Positions 21,643 through 30,609 of a stretch of 64,000 bases of DNA are shown one piece after another. Positions within the stretch are counted from its first letter, which is position 1, and every line of letters starts with the position of its first letter. The notes below the pieces were generated by a model. That model was given only the letters and a program-made list of their open reading frames with translations, did no database searches and was not told the DNA's origin. Position numbers and translations under genes: made by a program. This DNA comes from a virus. The stretch is taken from positions 15,320 through 79,319 of the IMG/VR virus record IMGVR_UViG_3300043399_001092; one strand, given 5' to 3'.

Positions 21643-22451
21643 ACAGATTTGAATCTAAGGTAAACAAGGTTTCTTCCTTGGATGCTGTTGATCTTACGTC
21701 TATCCAATCCATGAGCAATAGCACGACCCCGGAATCTCTTCAGACGTATTTCAGCTTTCTGTAGAGCATCATCGGCAATCTTCATCATTGCCTCTTCTTT
21801 GGTCCACATTCTGTTCCTGGCTTCCATTGCTTCCGCATAAAAAGCCAATCCTTGTTTGAGGTCTTCATCATCCGGAATCATGGGAGTACCATCGTCACAG
21901 GTAACTTCACCGAGGTAGTCAAAACAAATCCATCCGGTTGCATGGTTATGGACTACCATGTTGCCATTGTGGTTGAGGGAGAAGTAGCTGCTACACGTCA
22001 GATTAGTCGGATTGGGACAGTCTTCACAGAATACGTTATTGGCCGTTCCCATGTAGATCAGTTCCTCACCGCGTTTGTACACCACCGAGTTTTCCCATAT
22101 GCGATAGAACACCGTGGTACAGGGAGGTCCAATGGTATCTGCAAGGGTACTTTCACCTTGAGGAGTAGTATCCTCCGCAGTAGCTGTAGAAGTGGAACAG
22201 AGGTCTTCCACGTCACTTTGACACGGCATATCCTCCCACCAGGTAACCCGGACTATCCGCTTCCAGTCACAGGGTAGTTCAACCCGGTTGTCTTTGACTT
22301 CCAGTACTTCAATCTTACGCTCAAAGCGGTTCGACAATTCCATCGTCCGATAAGCTTGGATAGCTAAATCAAGGATGGTATCATCATCGGTTTGTTTGCG
22401 CATGTTTTGGGAAACATACGACAGAACGGTTTTTATAGGGATGTATCTCAT
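21633..22451 (-). CDS. Tail ring / adaptor protein
   Basis: Motifs LPCD and DDGTPMIPDDEDLKQGL; position upstream of the muzzle gene. Confidence 0.6.
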   Translation of the reverse strand: MRYIPIKTVLSYVSQNMRKQTDDDTILDLAIQAYRTMELSNRFERKIEVLEVKDNRVELPCDWKRIVRVTWWEDMPCQSDVEDLCSTSTATAEDTTPQGESTLADTIGPPCTTVFYRIWENSVVYKRGEELIYMGTANNVFCEDCPNPTNLTCSSYFSLNHNGNMVVHNHATGWICFDYLGEVTCDDGTPMIPDDEDLKQGLAFYAEAMEARNRMWTKEEAMMKIADDALQKAEIRLKRFRGRAIAHGLDRRKINSIQGRNLVYLRFKSVWT

Positions 22452-22918
22452 GTTCGTCCAGAGAAATTAAAGAAATCAACTTTGTCGCACCGGTCGAGGA
22501 ACGTTTTTTTGGCAATAGTGAACTTGTACAGATCGGTAGCTCTATGGTTTCCCTTGCGCCAATCCACCAGTAACCCATAACCGTCGTTCATCGGCATCTT
22601 GTCTGTTATCCACAGACCCTTATCCCGGTGCGTATGTCCATATCTCTTGATGCTTTTGGCAAAGGATACCCTTGACCTTTTGTATTTCTTCAATCGAAGA
22701 ACTCCCAGTTTATAGGGCAGTTCAACCGGTAGGCCCTGGAACAAGGTATCCAGTAACCCATCAAAGTGCTTATACAGGATCTTCTTCCACTCTTCGAACG
22801 TCACCGAGTACTCATCATCGGTTCGTTCTTTCTTTGGAACATACGGCTTTGAGTTACCACACTGCTTCTTGTGTTCGTACATCATGTACAGCTCCATCAG
22901 ACCTACACGTTTTTTCAT
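22448..22918 (-). CDS. HU/IHF-like DNA-binding protein
   Basis: Basic 156 aa with VELPYKLGVLRLKK; crAss-like phages carry an IHF-like gene in the tail module. Confidence 0.55.
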   Translation of the reverse strand: MKKRVGLMELYMMYEHKKQCGNSKPYVPKKERTDDEYSVTFEEWKKILYKHFDGLLDTLFQGLPVELPYKLGVLRLKKYKRSRVSFAKSIKRYGHTHRDKGLWITDKMPMNDGYGLLVDWRKGNHRATDLYKFTIAKKTFLDRCDKVDFFNFSGRT

Positions 22919-23598
22919 TAGTTCGTTGGATTAGCGTTGTTCGTCATATCGTGGGGGAACTGCTCTTTGATACCCAAGAACTTCAGTACCCTTTCGTAGG
23001 CCATTAGTTCATAAGCACCTTTCATCTGAAGATCTACCAGGTACGGGTCAATACACGTTTCCCCGGTGTAGTTGCCGTTCTCATCACACTTGGGTATGGA
23101 AGCCAGTTCAACTACATCTTCGGGAACCATGTCCACCCGTACTACCCGAGGGCGTACGTTGTTGGTATCTGCGTTCCACAAGATAAGGTAGCGATCCCGG
23201 ATCTCCCAACCAATAGCGTTCTTTCTGAATTGCGACCACTTAAAAGACTCGGCTTGTTCTTTGGTCATGGGAACCAAACGTTGTTCACCGAGCGTATAAA
23301 CCTCCATACTATCCCGGACACGTTGCGTCAAAGATCGAGGAATCTGGAACTTAGACTTGAGTACCACGCATCCAACGGGTACACAGGAACAGTCGTGTGA
23401 TGTTGCCACACACATTGGTACACAGATAGAGTATCTGTCGAAGTTAGACTTGAACTCAAACTTGTTGTACTCCTTGTCCAGGATTTCTGCCCTGGCTTTA
23501 GCGAGTAGTTCGTAGAGCAACTCATCAGTGTAGGTATTGTCGTCACTGGTCTTGTTGATCAGCGACCTGATTATCGATATTCCTTCTTGTACGGTCAT
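22918..23598 (-). CDS. Tail ring / tubular protein
   Basis: 226 aa with Cys-rich C..VP.GC.VLKS..IP segment; tail module position. Confidence 0.6.
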   Translation of the reverse strand: MTVQEGISIIRSLINKTSDDNTYTDELLYELLAKARAEILDKEYNKFEFKSNFDRYSICVPMCVATSHDCSCVPVGCVVLKSKFQIPRSLTQRVRDSMEVYTLGEQRLVPMTKEQAESFKWSQFRKNAIGWEIRDRYLILWNADTNNVRPRVVRVDMVPEDVVELASIPKCDENGNYTGETCIDPYLVDLQMKGAYELMAYERVLKFLGIKEQFPHDMTNNANPTN

Positions 23599-24253
23599 CG
23601 TAGTATTGTTTTAAGGTTTCGGTAACGTCCGGTACAGGATAGACCTTGTAGTACTTGTTACCATCCTCCGTTAAGTGTATCAACCATCTTTCGTCTATGT
23701 CTATAACCTGCTCCAGAGCAAGTTCATAGTGTCCCAACTGCAACATGTACCGGTTGTGAGCATTGTTGATGTACTCCCCAAACGGTTCATACAAACTATC
23801 TCCATAGTCCTTGTGCAGCGTTTCATTGGTCTTCCAGTCAGCAAGGATGATCTTTCCATCAACCTTGAGCAACAGGTCGGCCGTACCAAAGTAGTTCAAG
23901 TCGTAGTGGTACAACCGCTGTTCTGTTTGCAGCACCTCCGGATTTACATCCATCAAGAATTGCACCACTCCAAGCTCTTTGTTGTTTCTGGGCTTACCAC
24001 AGTACTCAATGTAGTTCTCCGCAAACTCGTGTACCCTTGTACCGGCGGCTGCTGCTTTGTCACCCTTTTCCTTCCATTGTTTCCTCAAGTAGCTCGGAGC
24101 TTTGCTTCCGTCAAACTCCTTGTAGAATTTCTTTATCACGGAAGACACACTGGGTGCGGTCTTTCCGTTAAGAGTGTACCGATGAAGAGCTTCATCGAAC
24201 ACAATGTCACCAAACTTTTCAATAAGGCTTTCCGCCGAATACGATCTTTCCAT
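23543..24253 (-). CDS. PD-(D/E)XK exonuclease (Cas4/RecB-like)
   Basis: SVSSVI, GTRVH, E..L, GTADLL, DWKT and Q...Y motifs. Confidence 0.85.
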   Translation of the reverse strand: MERSYSAESLIEKFGDIVFDEALHRYTLNGKTAPSVSSVIKKFYKEFDGSKAPSYLRKQWKEKGDKAAAAGTRVHEFAENYIEYCGKPRNNKELGVVQFLMDVNPEVLQTEQRLYHYDLNYFGTADLLLKVDGKIILADWKTNETLHKDYGDSLYEPFGEYINNAHNRYMLQLGHYELALEQVIDIDERWLIHLTEDGNKYYKVYPVPDVTETLKQYYDDRTRRNIDNQVADQQDQ

Positions 24254-25109
24254 GTTTATAGCGTATGGTTTCTACAAATGACTTCCCGTTAATAACAGTT
24301 ACAACAGCTAAACCGTTGCACCAAACCTGTTTTTGTACTTTGGAAGCATAAGCAAAAACCGGAGCCGTGTGATCAGCCGCCGATCCTATTGCATAAGCCT
24401 CTACTTCTCTTTCGTGAAAAGACTGCTGCCGGTGTACATGTCCAAACATAACCGACTTCTTGATCTTCTGAAGATCGTTGTAAGCACAATGCTGATTGAA
24501 AGACTCTCCGTGGTATATCTTTAGATCACCCAAGATAAACTCATCCGCCGGATAACTTTCGTACACTTCGTAACCGCGTTGTATCAAACTCAGTGCTTCC
24601 ATTGGACTCTTTATGGCATCCCGGATTTTGGAGTTGTCTGAGTCTTTAATGTACCGGTTGTGGCGATGTTCATGGTTTCCCCACATGTACACTTTACGTT
24701 TGAACGGGTAGGATTCCAGAACATCCAAAACGCTGTTTCCCTCGGCGTACTCTTTTCCCAAAGTCAATCCGGGAATGGGTACTTTTCCACGATCGTGTGC
24801 AGAAAGAGAATTGAGGTCCAAGAAGTCACCGCCCAAAACAAGTCCAAAAGGTCTAATGGACTGTATCAAGTTGTTGATGCTCTCGAACATCTTACGGTTA
24901 TGAAACGGTACGTGAGCATCAAATATGCACACCCAGGTTCCATCCTGTTGAGTCTTTTCACCGTTACCGGACTTGGAGCTTTTCCAGTTCTTATAACGCT
25001 TTCTAAGAGCATTACCGCTCATGTCAAAACTCAAAGCTGCCTTTTGCCAAGTGACACTTTTGCCACCAGATTCAACACTTCTGAAAAACCTTTCAAGTTC
25101 GTGTTTCAT
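24219..25109 (-). CDS. Calcineurin-like metallophosphoesterase with N-terminal HTH-like segment
   Basis: DAH.P, GGDFLD, GNHE, HG and GHVH motifs; start moved to ATG 25109 just downstream of TATATTTG. Confidence 0.85.
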   Translation of the reverse strand: MKHELERFFRSVESGGKSVTWQKAALSFDMSGNALRKRYKNWKSSKSGNGEKTQQDGTWVCIFDAHVPFHNRKMFESINNLIQSIRPFGLVLGGDFLDLNSLSAHDRGKVPIPGLTLGKEYAEGNSVLDVLESYPFKRKVYMWGNHEHRHNRYIKDSDNSKIRDAIKSPMEALSLIQRGYEVYESYPADEFILGDLKIYHGESFNQHCAYNDLQKIKKSVMFGHVHRQQSFHEREVEAYAIGSAADHTAPVFAYASKVQKQVWCNGLAVVTVINGKSFVETIRYKHGKIVFGGKPY

Positions 25110-25117
25110 ACAGACTG

Positions 25118-25125
25118 CAAATATA
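25118..25125 (-). promoter_or_regulatory. Bacteroidota sigma-A -7 element (TATATTTG)
   Basis: Matches TAnnTTTG, 8 nt upstream of the phosphoesterase ATG; no clear -33 element. Confidence 0.55.
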
Positions 25126-25179
25126 GTACACAAATAACTGTTTTTTCGTTCCTGTCACAACAAAATAAAACAAGGGAGT

Positions 25180-25395
25180 TTACACCCCCTTGTTTTTGAT
25201 GTTGATTTTCTCGGCACTTCTGCTGATACCATAAATGCCCAAGTCTGCGAATATCAAAAGTTGTAGCTCCGTTCCAATGTGGACCACCTGAAAACAGCTT
25301 AGTGCAACAAGGATTATCCACACAAATGATCGAAACGGACGGTTGTACGCAGCAAGTGTTTCCGGGTTTACGGCAAGTTTTTTGAGTATTTCCAT
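25180..25395 (-). CDS. Small membrane protein, holin-like
   Basis: 71 aa with two hydrophobic segments and a basic C-terminus. Confidence 0.55.
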   Translation of the reverse strand: MEILKKLAVNPETLAAYNRPFRSFVWIILVALSCFQVVHIGTELQLLIFADLGIYGISRSAEKINIKNKGV

Positions 25396-25697
25396 TACGC
25401 CGTTTCTTTGTGTTTGTTTTCTACCCGGGCTTCCAGTCTGGCTATCTTTACACTGTGTTCATTTACGGTAACAGCCAAACTTTCTGTTCTTGCCGACAGA
25501 TTGGTGTAGTTGTTTTTGATGTTCACCATATCCGTTTCTATGCGCACCAATGAACTCTTGATTTCGTCTTGACCGTCGCCGAGAAACTCTACCTTCTCAA
25601 TCATCTGCTTGAGGTAGTATATGATAATACCTACCAGCGCAGAGAATAAAAAACTGATGGCATACATCATCAATTTAAACAGTTCTTCGTATGGCAT
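25395..25697 (-). CDS. Membrane-anchored coiled-coil protein (holin/XhlA-like)
   Basis: N-terminal TM helix followed by heptad-rich coil. Confidence 0.55.
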   Translation of the reverse strand: MPYEELFKLMMYAISFLFSALVGIIIYYLKQMIEKVEFLGDGQDEIKSSLVRIETDMVNIKNNYTNLSARTESLAVTVNEHSVKIARLEARVENKHKETA

Positions 25698-25720
25698 AGT
25701 GATGTTGATTAAACAAGAAA

Positions 25721-25748
25721 GCAGTCCGGTGAGGGTACACCGGACTGC
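25721..25748 (-). terminator. Intrinsic terminator
   Basis: 11-bp perfect hairpin gcagtccggtg/caccggactgc followed on the minus strand by tttcttgttt. Confidence 0.7.
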
Positions 25749-25759
25749 ATCCTGTTAGA

Positions 25760-26566
25760 TTAAGCAAACGTGTTGATTTTGTACAGCAGCTCTACCGTAA
25801 CCGTGCTATCTCCCAAAGTGGGGTTTGCACCGGCACAAGAAATGGTAACGTCCTTAAACTCCTCCATTCCAATAGCATCGGTAATAACGCGAGGGAAAGC
25901 AAAAGAAGTTGTAGTTCCCGAGTTAAGAGGGTTAAGACTCGTATCTTGGAAGAACAAACTCGATCCAACGTTAAGATCAATGCTCGTAACTCCCGTTACA
26001 TCATACGCAGTGGTGTTGTAAAAGATTTTCCAGCTCAAGGCCAAAGGTTCAAAAGCAACACCAAGGGTGGCCGGAAGCAACACAATCGGCGTAGTTTTCA
26101 TTGCCAGAATATCAGCAACCTTGAGTTCGATAACCGCATTGCGAACTACGTTTTGATACTGAGGGATCATAACCCATTCTCCGGCATCATTTCTTACAAA
26201 ACGAACACAAGTGTTTGCCGGAACAGTAGCTTGAGTACCAATAAGGTTGCCGAGATAGTTGATCTGACCAGAAGGACTGGTAATGGTTGCCGCTTCGTTG
26301 GTAAAATTGGAAATGGTAATATCGGCCCAAGACTGAGCATCCTGGGGAAGATAGAAGTTACCGCTGCCCAACGAAATAAGGTTTACCAACTCATTCTGGT
26401 TGGTCATGTAGTAATCCCCGGTCCAAGAATTTACAAATTGGTTGTACACTTGGACAGCTTCATTAGCCAAAGGAGAAAAGGGAATACCGTTGCCAAATCC
26501 GAGAATAGTACCGGTAGGAGAATTTACGAACACCGACGAAGCGATGTATTTTTCACTGTAAGCCAT
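25760..26566 (-). CDS. Putative structural (fibre/decoration) protein
   Basis: Beta-rich Thr/Asn/Gly composition within the fibre cluster. Confidence 0.55.
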   Translation of the reverse strand: MAYSEKYIASSVFVNSPTGTILGFGNGIPFSPLANEAVQVYNQFVNSWTGDYYMTNQNELVNLISLGSGNFYLPQDAQSWADITISNFTNEAATITSPSGQINYLGNLIGTQATVPANTCVRFVRNDAGEWVMIPQYQNVVRNAVIELKVADILAMKTTPIVLLPATLGVAFEPLALSWKIFYNTTAYDVTGVTSIDLNVGSSLFFQDTSLNPLNSGTTTSFAFPRVITDAIGMEEFKDVTISCAGANPTLGDSTVTVELLYKINTFA

Positions 26567-26576
26567 AATGGTTGAT

Positions 26577-26726
26577 TTAAGAAGGTTGTTTTAGATTGTT
26601 TATGTACTCTTTACACTCTTGGATGCTGTCAAATAAAATCAGCACCGATCCGTCAAAGTAACTTGGTTTTTGCGGAACCACCGGAGTTACCGGAGATCCG
26701 TCGGAATTGCAAGGAACTATTGTCAT
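26577..26726 (-). CDS. Small fibre-associated protein/chaperone, copy 2 (49 aa, not in ORF track)
   Basis: MTIVPCNSDGSPVTPVVPQKPSYFDGSVLILFDSIQE...; paralogous to 27361-27540; overlaps the stop of the upstream gene. Confidence 0.75.
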   Translation of the reverse strand: MTIVPCNSDGSPVTPVVPQKPSYFDGSVLILFDSIQECKEYINNLKQPS

Positions 26727-27364
26727 TGTTTGTAGTATTTGATGAACGTGAGTTGAGATTCCAATAAGTCAAGAACGTTTCCTACTCCTCCGGCCGTAAT
26801 AATATATTGATCAACCGTCCAATCTATTCCAACATAATTGGGCATATAATCAGCTCGGTGTTCAAGAATACTGTCTTCATTTACTGGAAAAACTATGGTT
26901 CCGTTTGCAGAATCAATATAGTGCAATGTTCTTACTAGTTGAATATATTTGATCGGAGAAACCATAGAAGCTTTTGCCAAAAGCTGTGCCCCCAAAAGAG
27001 ATGGAGCCGTATTGACATAAACATTTACATACGCATCCGCAAGAGAGTCAATATTGGTAAACCGCATCAATACTTCTGCTATTGTTCCGTTTTCAAACGT
27101 GTTTGCAGGAACAAGGGTGTACTGCAACAGGGTTTCCGATACACTTGTCGTGTATGCGGGGTTTTCGTTTGTGATAAACGAAGAAGTTGTATTAGCAGCA
27201 TTGTAAGCAGCCATAAACTGCCTCAAGTATTCCGTGAGGTCAAACTGACCCTCGAACGCAAGAGATCCCAGTTGTTGGATAAACTGGTTTGGTCCGTGCA
27301 TAAACTGGTTGGAGTTTATGACCGACGATCGAATTTTGATAGGTTGTATATCCATAGTTGTCAA
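26723..27364 (-). CDS. Short fibre/receptor-binding protein, paralog of the C-terminal domain of 27537-29483
   Basis: Shares LxPANT and IDWTVDQYI motifs with the upstream fibre tip. Confidence 0.7.
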   Translation of the reverse strand: MTTMDIQPIKIRSSVINSNQFMHGPNQFIQQLGSLAFEGQFDLTEYLRQFMAAYNAANTTSSFITNENPAYTTSVSETLLQYTLVPANTFENGTIAEVLMRFTNIDSLADAYVNVYVNTAPSLLGAQLLAKASMVSPIKYIQLVRTLHYIDSANGTIVFPVNEDSILEHRADYMPNYVGIDWTVDQYIITAGGVGNVLDLLESQLTFIKYYKQ

Positions 27365-27540
27365 AGTTGTTCTTCTGGTTGTTCAATGTTCTCTACAGGA
27401 GGATACTTTGTATTCCACCACACCGAAAATTCCTCTTCGCTGTCAAATACCCAAAGCGTTGTACCGTCATAAATGGTAGGCATTGGGGGAACAATAGGTT
27501 CCAAAGGTTGTCCGTTTGGTCCACTGGGTACAGCTCTCAT
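27361..27540 (-). CDS. Small fibre-associated protein/chaperone, copy 1 (59 aa, not in ORF track)
   Basis: MRAVPSGPNGQPLEPIVPPMPTIYDGTTLWVFDSEEE...; ATGA overlap with the fibre gene stop. Confidence 0.75.
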   Translation of the reverse strand: MRAVPSGPNGQPLEPIVPPMPTIYDGTTLWVFDSEEEFSVWWNTKYPPVENIEQPEEQL

Positions 27541-29483
27541 CGTTTGGTAAGATGTATAAAGTTAGAAGTTACCGTATCCGCTGCACTACCCAAAGTAGCA
27601 ACCGTAAAAATATACTGGTCCACGGTCCAGTCAATATTGAGAGAAGTAACGGCCGTTGCACTGTTTTGGCTATCGGTAGCCAAAGCTGAAGCTGCACCAA
27701 ACAGTTGAGTATTGGTAGCACTGATAATATTCAGTGTTCTTTCAACTTGGAGGAATGTACCTGCCGCAGCTAAAGTTTGACCGGTAATGGTAAGCATTCC
27801 GGTTGTAGAAACACTGGTGTTTATATGCAGCCTTACCAACGCAGTACTGTTTGTTCCCGATTTAACGCACCGGTACATAATAGCTATTACATCACCAGAG
27901 GTATAAGTATTTGCCGGTATCAAAATAGACTGCAAAATGGTAGCCGTGGTAGTACCGGTTACACTTTGTAGCACACTGTTCTTGAGGTAACTTGGATATG
28001 GAGGAGTTACAAACTCACCGTATCCACCACTTAACCACGTCATCACTTGACCGGTTGTTTCAGTACCGGTTTGATTCATGTTGTGGAGATCGTCAAAACC
28101 AATAGCTTCTCCAGGACGAACATAAATCTTGCCGTGATTAATGTGAGAATATTCTACATAACCCACAGATACTTTAAAATCAGGAGCCGTAGGTCTTACG
28201 TTGGTTAAACCACCCGGAGTTGTAGGAGATAACCACAATTCATCACCATCAACCCAAGTTTCACCTTGTAAAGAACCGGTAGTATTAATTTCCCGCACTT
28301 GTCCCAAAATGGTAATAAACCCTTCTTGGTTAACGGCAATATCTTCGGTAACAATACCCAAAGTTCCTTTTGCATTGGTTGCCGTATCTGCTTGAGCAAA
28401 GTCAACCGCTAATCGTTGTCCTTGAGCATCATCTACTCGAACAACCGCATAAGCAGCTTCGGTCAAGTTAGTACCGGTCTTGTTGACTACTCTTGCTACC
28501 ATTTCTTGACCTACCTGTAAAGTTACATTACCACCCTTAAGACCTACATCCAACGTTCCATCAACATCGTTCCACTGCATCCTGGCTGTTGCACCAGTAT
28601 TGGCCGGGGTAATATCAAAGTCAATAGAACCAACGTTGGTCAAATCGTTCTGGTTGAGGTCTATATCTAAACACGCTGTGTTTCCAACGGTAAGCACCGA
28701 ACACAAATCCGGTGTAGATGAAGAACCGGATGGAAGAAACTCCGCTCTGGAGTTGGCAGATACCCACGTAAGCACATCATTGTTGCTTGGAGTAGTAGGT
28801 ACATACACGTCTTGAATATCAGCCAATCCGTAACCGTAATTTGGTTTGACATAAATCTTACCCAAAGTAGCATGGGTGTATTCAACGTAACCTACAATGA
28901 CGCGGTAATTCGGGGAGGTGGGTTTAACGTTGGTAAGTCCTCCGGCAACCGTTGGGGACAGGTAAAGAATATCTCCGTCCATCCATATTTCCCCTTGAGG
29001 AACACCGGTAGTGTCTATGTTTGCAACTTCACCCAGTGTACACACGAAACCTTCCCCTAAAACCGCTATATCTTCGACTACAAGCCCTAAAACATCTTTG
29101 GTGGCAGTAGCATCCGCTCTTGCTAAACGAACGCTTACACGTTCACTAAATGCGTCATAGGGGTAAACTACTTTGTAGTCCGACTTGAGTAGTATTGCTG
29201 AGGTATCATTGATAACCCTGGTCATGTTCTGTTGCCCTACTTGTAGTACAACATCACCGCCACCAAGACCAAGATCAAGAGTTCCGTTGTCGCTGTTCCA
29301 CACTAAAGTACCTTCCGTTGGTGTTCCGGTTGGAGTAGTGTCGAAAGTAATGTGATCAACATTGTCCAAAGCCGTACCGATCAAACCGTTGATGTATCCG
29401 GTAAGATCAAAAGCGTATTTCTCCGGCAGCATAGACACCGGAACACCCAAACGGTCAGTAAATATCTTTAGGGTTACGTACAT
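27537..29483 (-). CDS. Tail/capsid fibre protein with internal duplication
   Basis: Two copies of a ~200-aa unit (WN..DGTLD.GL.GG.V.LQVGQ...LSPT..GGLTNV.PT.P...VGYVEY.H...GKIYV). Confidence 0.75.
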   Translation of the reverse strand: MYVTLKIFTDRLGVPVSMLPEKYAFDLTGYINGLIGTALDNVDHITFDTTPTGTPTEGTLVWNSDNGTLDLGLGGGDVVLQVGQQNMTRVINDTSAILLKSDYKVVYPYDAFSERVSVRLARADATATKDVLGLVVEDIAVLGEGFVCTLGEVANIDTTGVPQGEIWMDGDILYLSPTVAGGLTNVKPTSPNYRVIVGYVEYTHATLGKIYVKPNYGYGLADIQDVYVPTTPSNNDVLTWVSANSRAEFLPSGSSSTPDLCSVLTVGNTACLDIDLNQNDLTNVGSIDFDITPANTGATARMQWNDVDGTLDVGLKGGNVTLQVGQEMVARVVNKTGTNLTEAAYAVVRVDDAQGQRLAVDFAQADTATNAKGTLGIVTEDIAVNQEGFITILGQVREINTTGSLQGETWVDGDELWLSPTTPGGLTNVRPTAPDFKVSVGYVEYSHINHGKIYVRPGEAIGFDDLHNMNQTGTETTGQVMTWLSGGYGEFVTPPYPSYLKNSVLQSVTGTTTATILQSILIPANTYTSGDVIAIMYRCVKSGTNSTALVRLHINTSVSTTGMLTITGQTLAAAGTFLQVERTLNIISATNTQLFGAASALATDSQNSATAVTSLNIDWTVDQYIFTVATLGSAADTVTSNFIHLTKR

Positions 29484-29734
29484 TCAAGACAGGTAGTATT
29501 GCCGAAATTGGTACACAGACGCTTTTGAAGAGCAACAAAATCTTGCCACAGGGACAATTTGAAATTGCACCCTTGTTGTATTAGGAACAACACCCGGCGT
29601 ATTTTCCGAGCATCTTCCATGAGGTAGTCATTGCAGTCAATCAAATACTTTTTGCCCTCCACATACTGATATACGCGACGGACATATTCGCATTTAAGAC
29701 ACTGTTCCGCATCCGCATCCAGTACTGGGTACAT
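29474..29734 (-). CDS. Small Cys-containing hypothetical protein
   Basis: Co-oriented ORF overlapping its neighbours. Confidence 0.55.
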   Translation of the reverse strand: MYPVLDADAEQCLKCEYVRRVYQYVEGKKYLIDCNDYLMEDARKIRRVLFLIQQGCNFKLSLWQDFVALQKRLCTNFGNTTCLECT

Positions 29735-30554
29735 TGCCGTTGGTTTTGGTCAGTGAACGAAGGTGGGTATAGATAGCTACCATCTGGTTGCAATCAACAC
29801 ACGTGGATCCTTGAGCATGTAACTCATTCAGATAAACCAGTGCTTGGTAAACATCCAAGGTTTCGGTCAGGTCTTTGAGTTCAAATGCAGAAGTCGCAAG
29901 ACAAACGTATTCGCAACAGACAAAAATACAAGAGGTCTCCGATTCAATGGCCATGTTGTACACACTGCACGGAAGAGCCAAAGTAGAATCACAAGGTGCG
30001 CCAAAAAAGAATCCGTAGGTGAACGTCATCGTTTCCGATTCGGAGTCATACGCAACACCGCAGGGAAGATCCGGGTATGTTACATCTACACTATCGATAA
30101 AAATATCTCCACACTTAAGCGGTTCTTGAATATCAATGGTGTAAACGATAGTATATTCATTTCCATTGGTGTCTTTGATCTTAAAAGTTATTTGAGGATT
30201 GCCGGTGCTAAATTGAGCGGCAGTAATGTTCAACAAATAGCTTAGTTGAGAAACACCTGATACGGAACTAATATCGGTTGAGGACTCAACGGTAATCAAA
30301 GAAACATAAGAAACAGTAATTCCGGTTATGTTCAATCTAAAGGTGTAACCGTTTTCACTACTGAAAGAACAATTACTAATTGTTCCGTCAAAGTCGTAAC
30401 GGTTTGGAAGTCGAACGGTTGTGTTGGTGCAATCGTTAATTGCCCAAGTAAAATCAACGTCCAGTTCTTGACCACTGTACCACAATCCAAGAAGATCGGA
30501 ATCTGGAGTAGTCGCCGTAATTTGATTACAGCTTTCGTTTGTTGCAAGAGTCAT
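29694..30554 (-). CDS. Cys-rich structural protein (fibre hub/attachment-like)
   Basis: Start moved to ATG 30554 below the terminator; ends in GCGCG; position in the structural block. Confidence 0.6.
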   Translation of the reverse strand: MTLATNESCNQITATTPDSDLLGLWYSGQELDVDFTWAINDCTNTTVRLPNRYDFDGTISNCSFSSENGYTFRLNITGITVSYVSLITVESSTDISSVSGVSQLSYLLNITAAQFSTGNPQITFKIKDTNGNEYTIVYTIDIQEPLKCGDIFIDSVDVTYPDLPCGVAYDSESETMTFTYGFFFGAPCDSTLALPCSVYNMAIESETSCIFVCCEYVCLATSAFELKDLTETLDVYQALVYLNELHAQGSTCVDCNQMVAIYTHLRSLTKTNGNVPSTGCGCGTVS

Positions 30555-30567
30555 AGACAAAAAAATA

Positions 30568-30594
30568 GGGGGAGAGGATAACCTCCCCTCCCCC
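30568..30594 (-). terminator. Intrinsic terminator
   Basis: G/C-rich hairpin followed on the minus strand by tatttttt. Confidence 0.65.
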
Positions 30595-30609
30595 AGTACA
30601 AACAATCTC

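Noticed and set aside
27770-28480. Frequent ACCGGT/CCGG words
   Set aside because: Largely explained by Thr-Gly (ACC GGT) and Pro (CCG) codon preference; not counted against a null model
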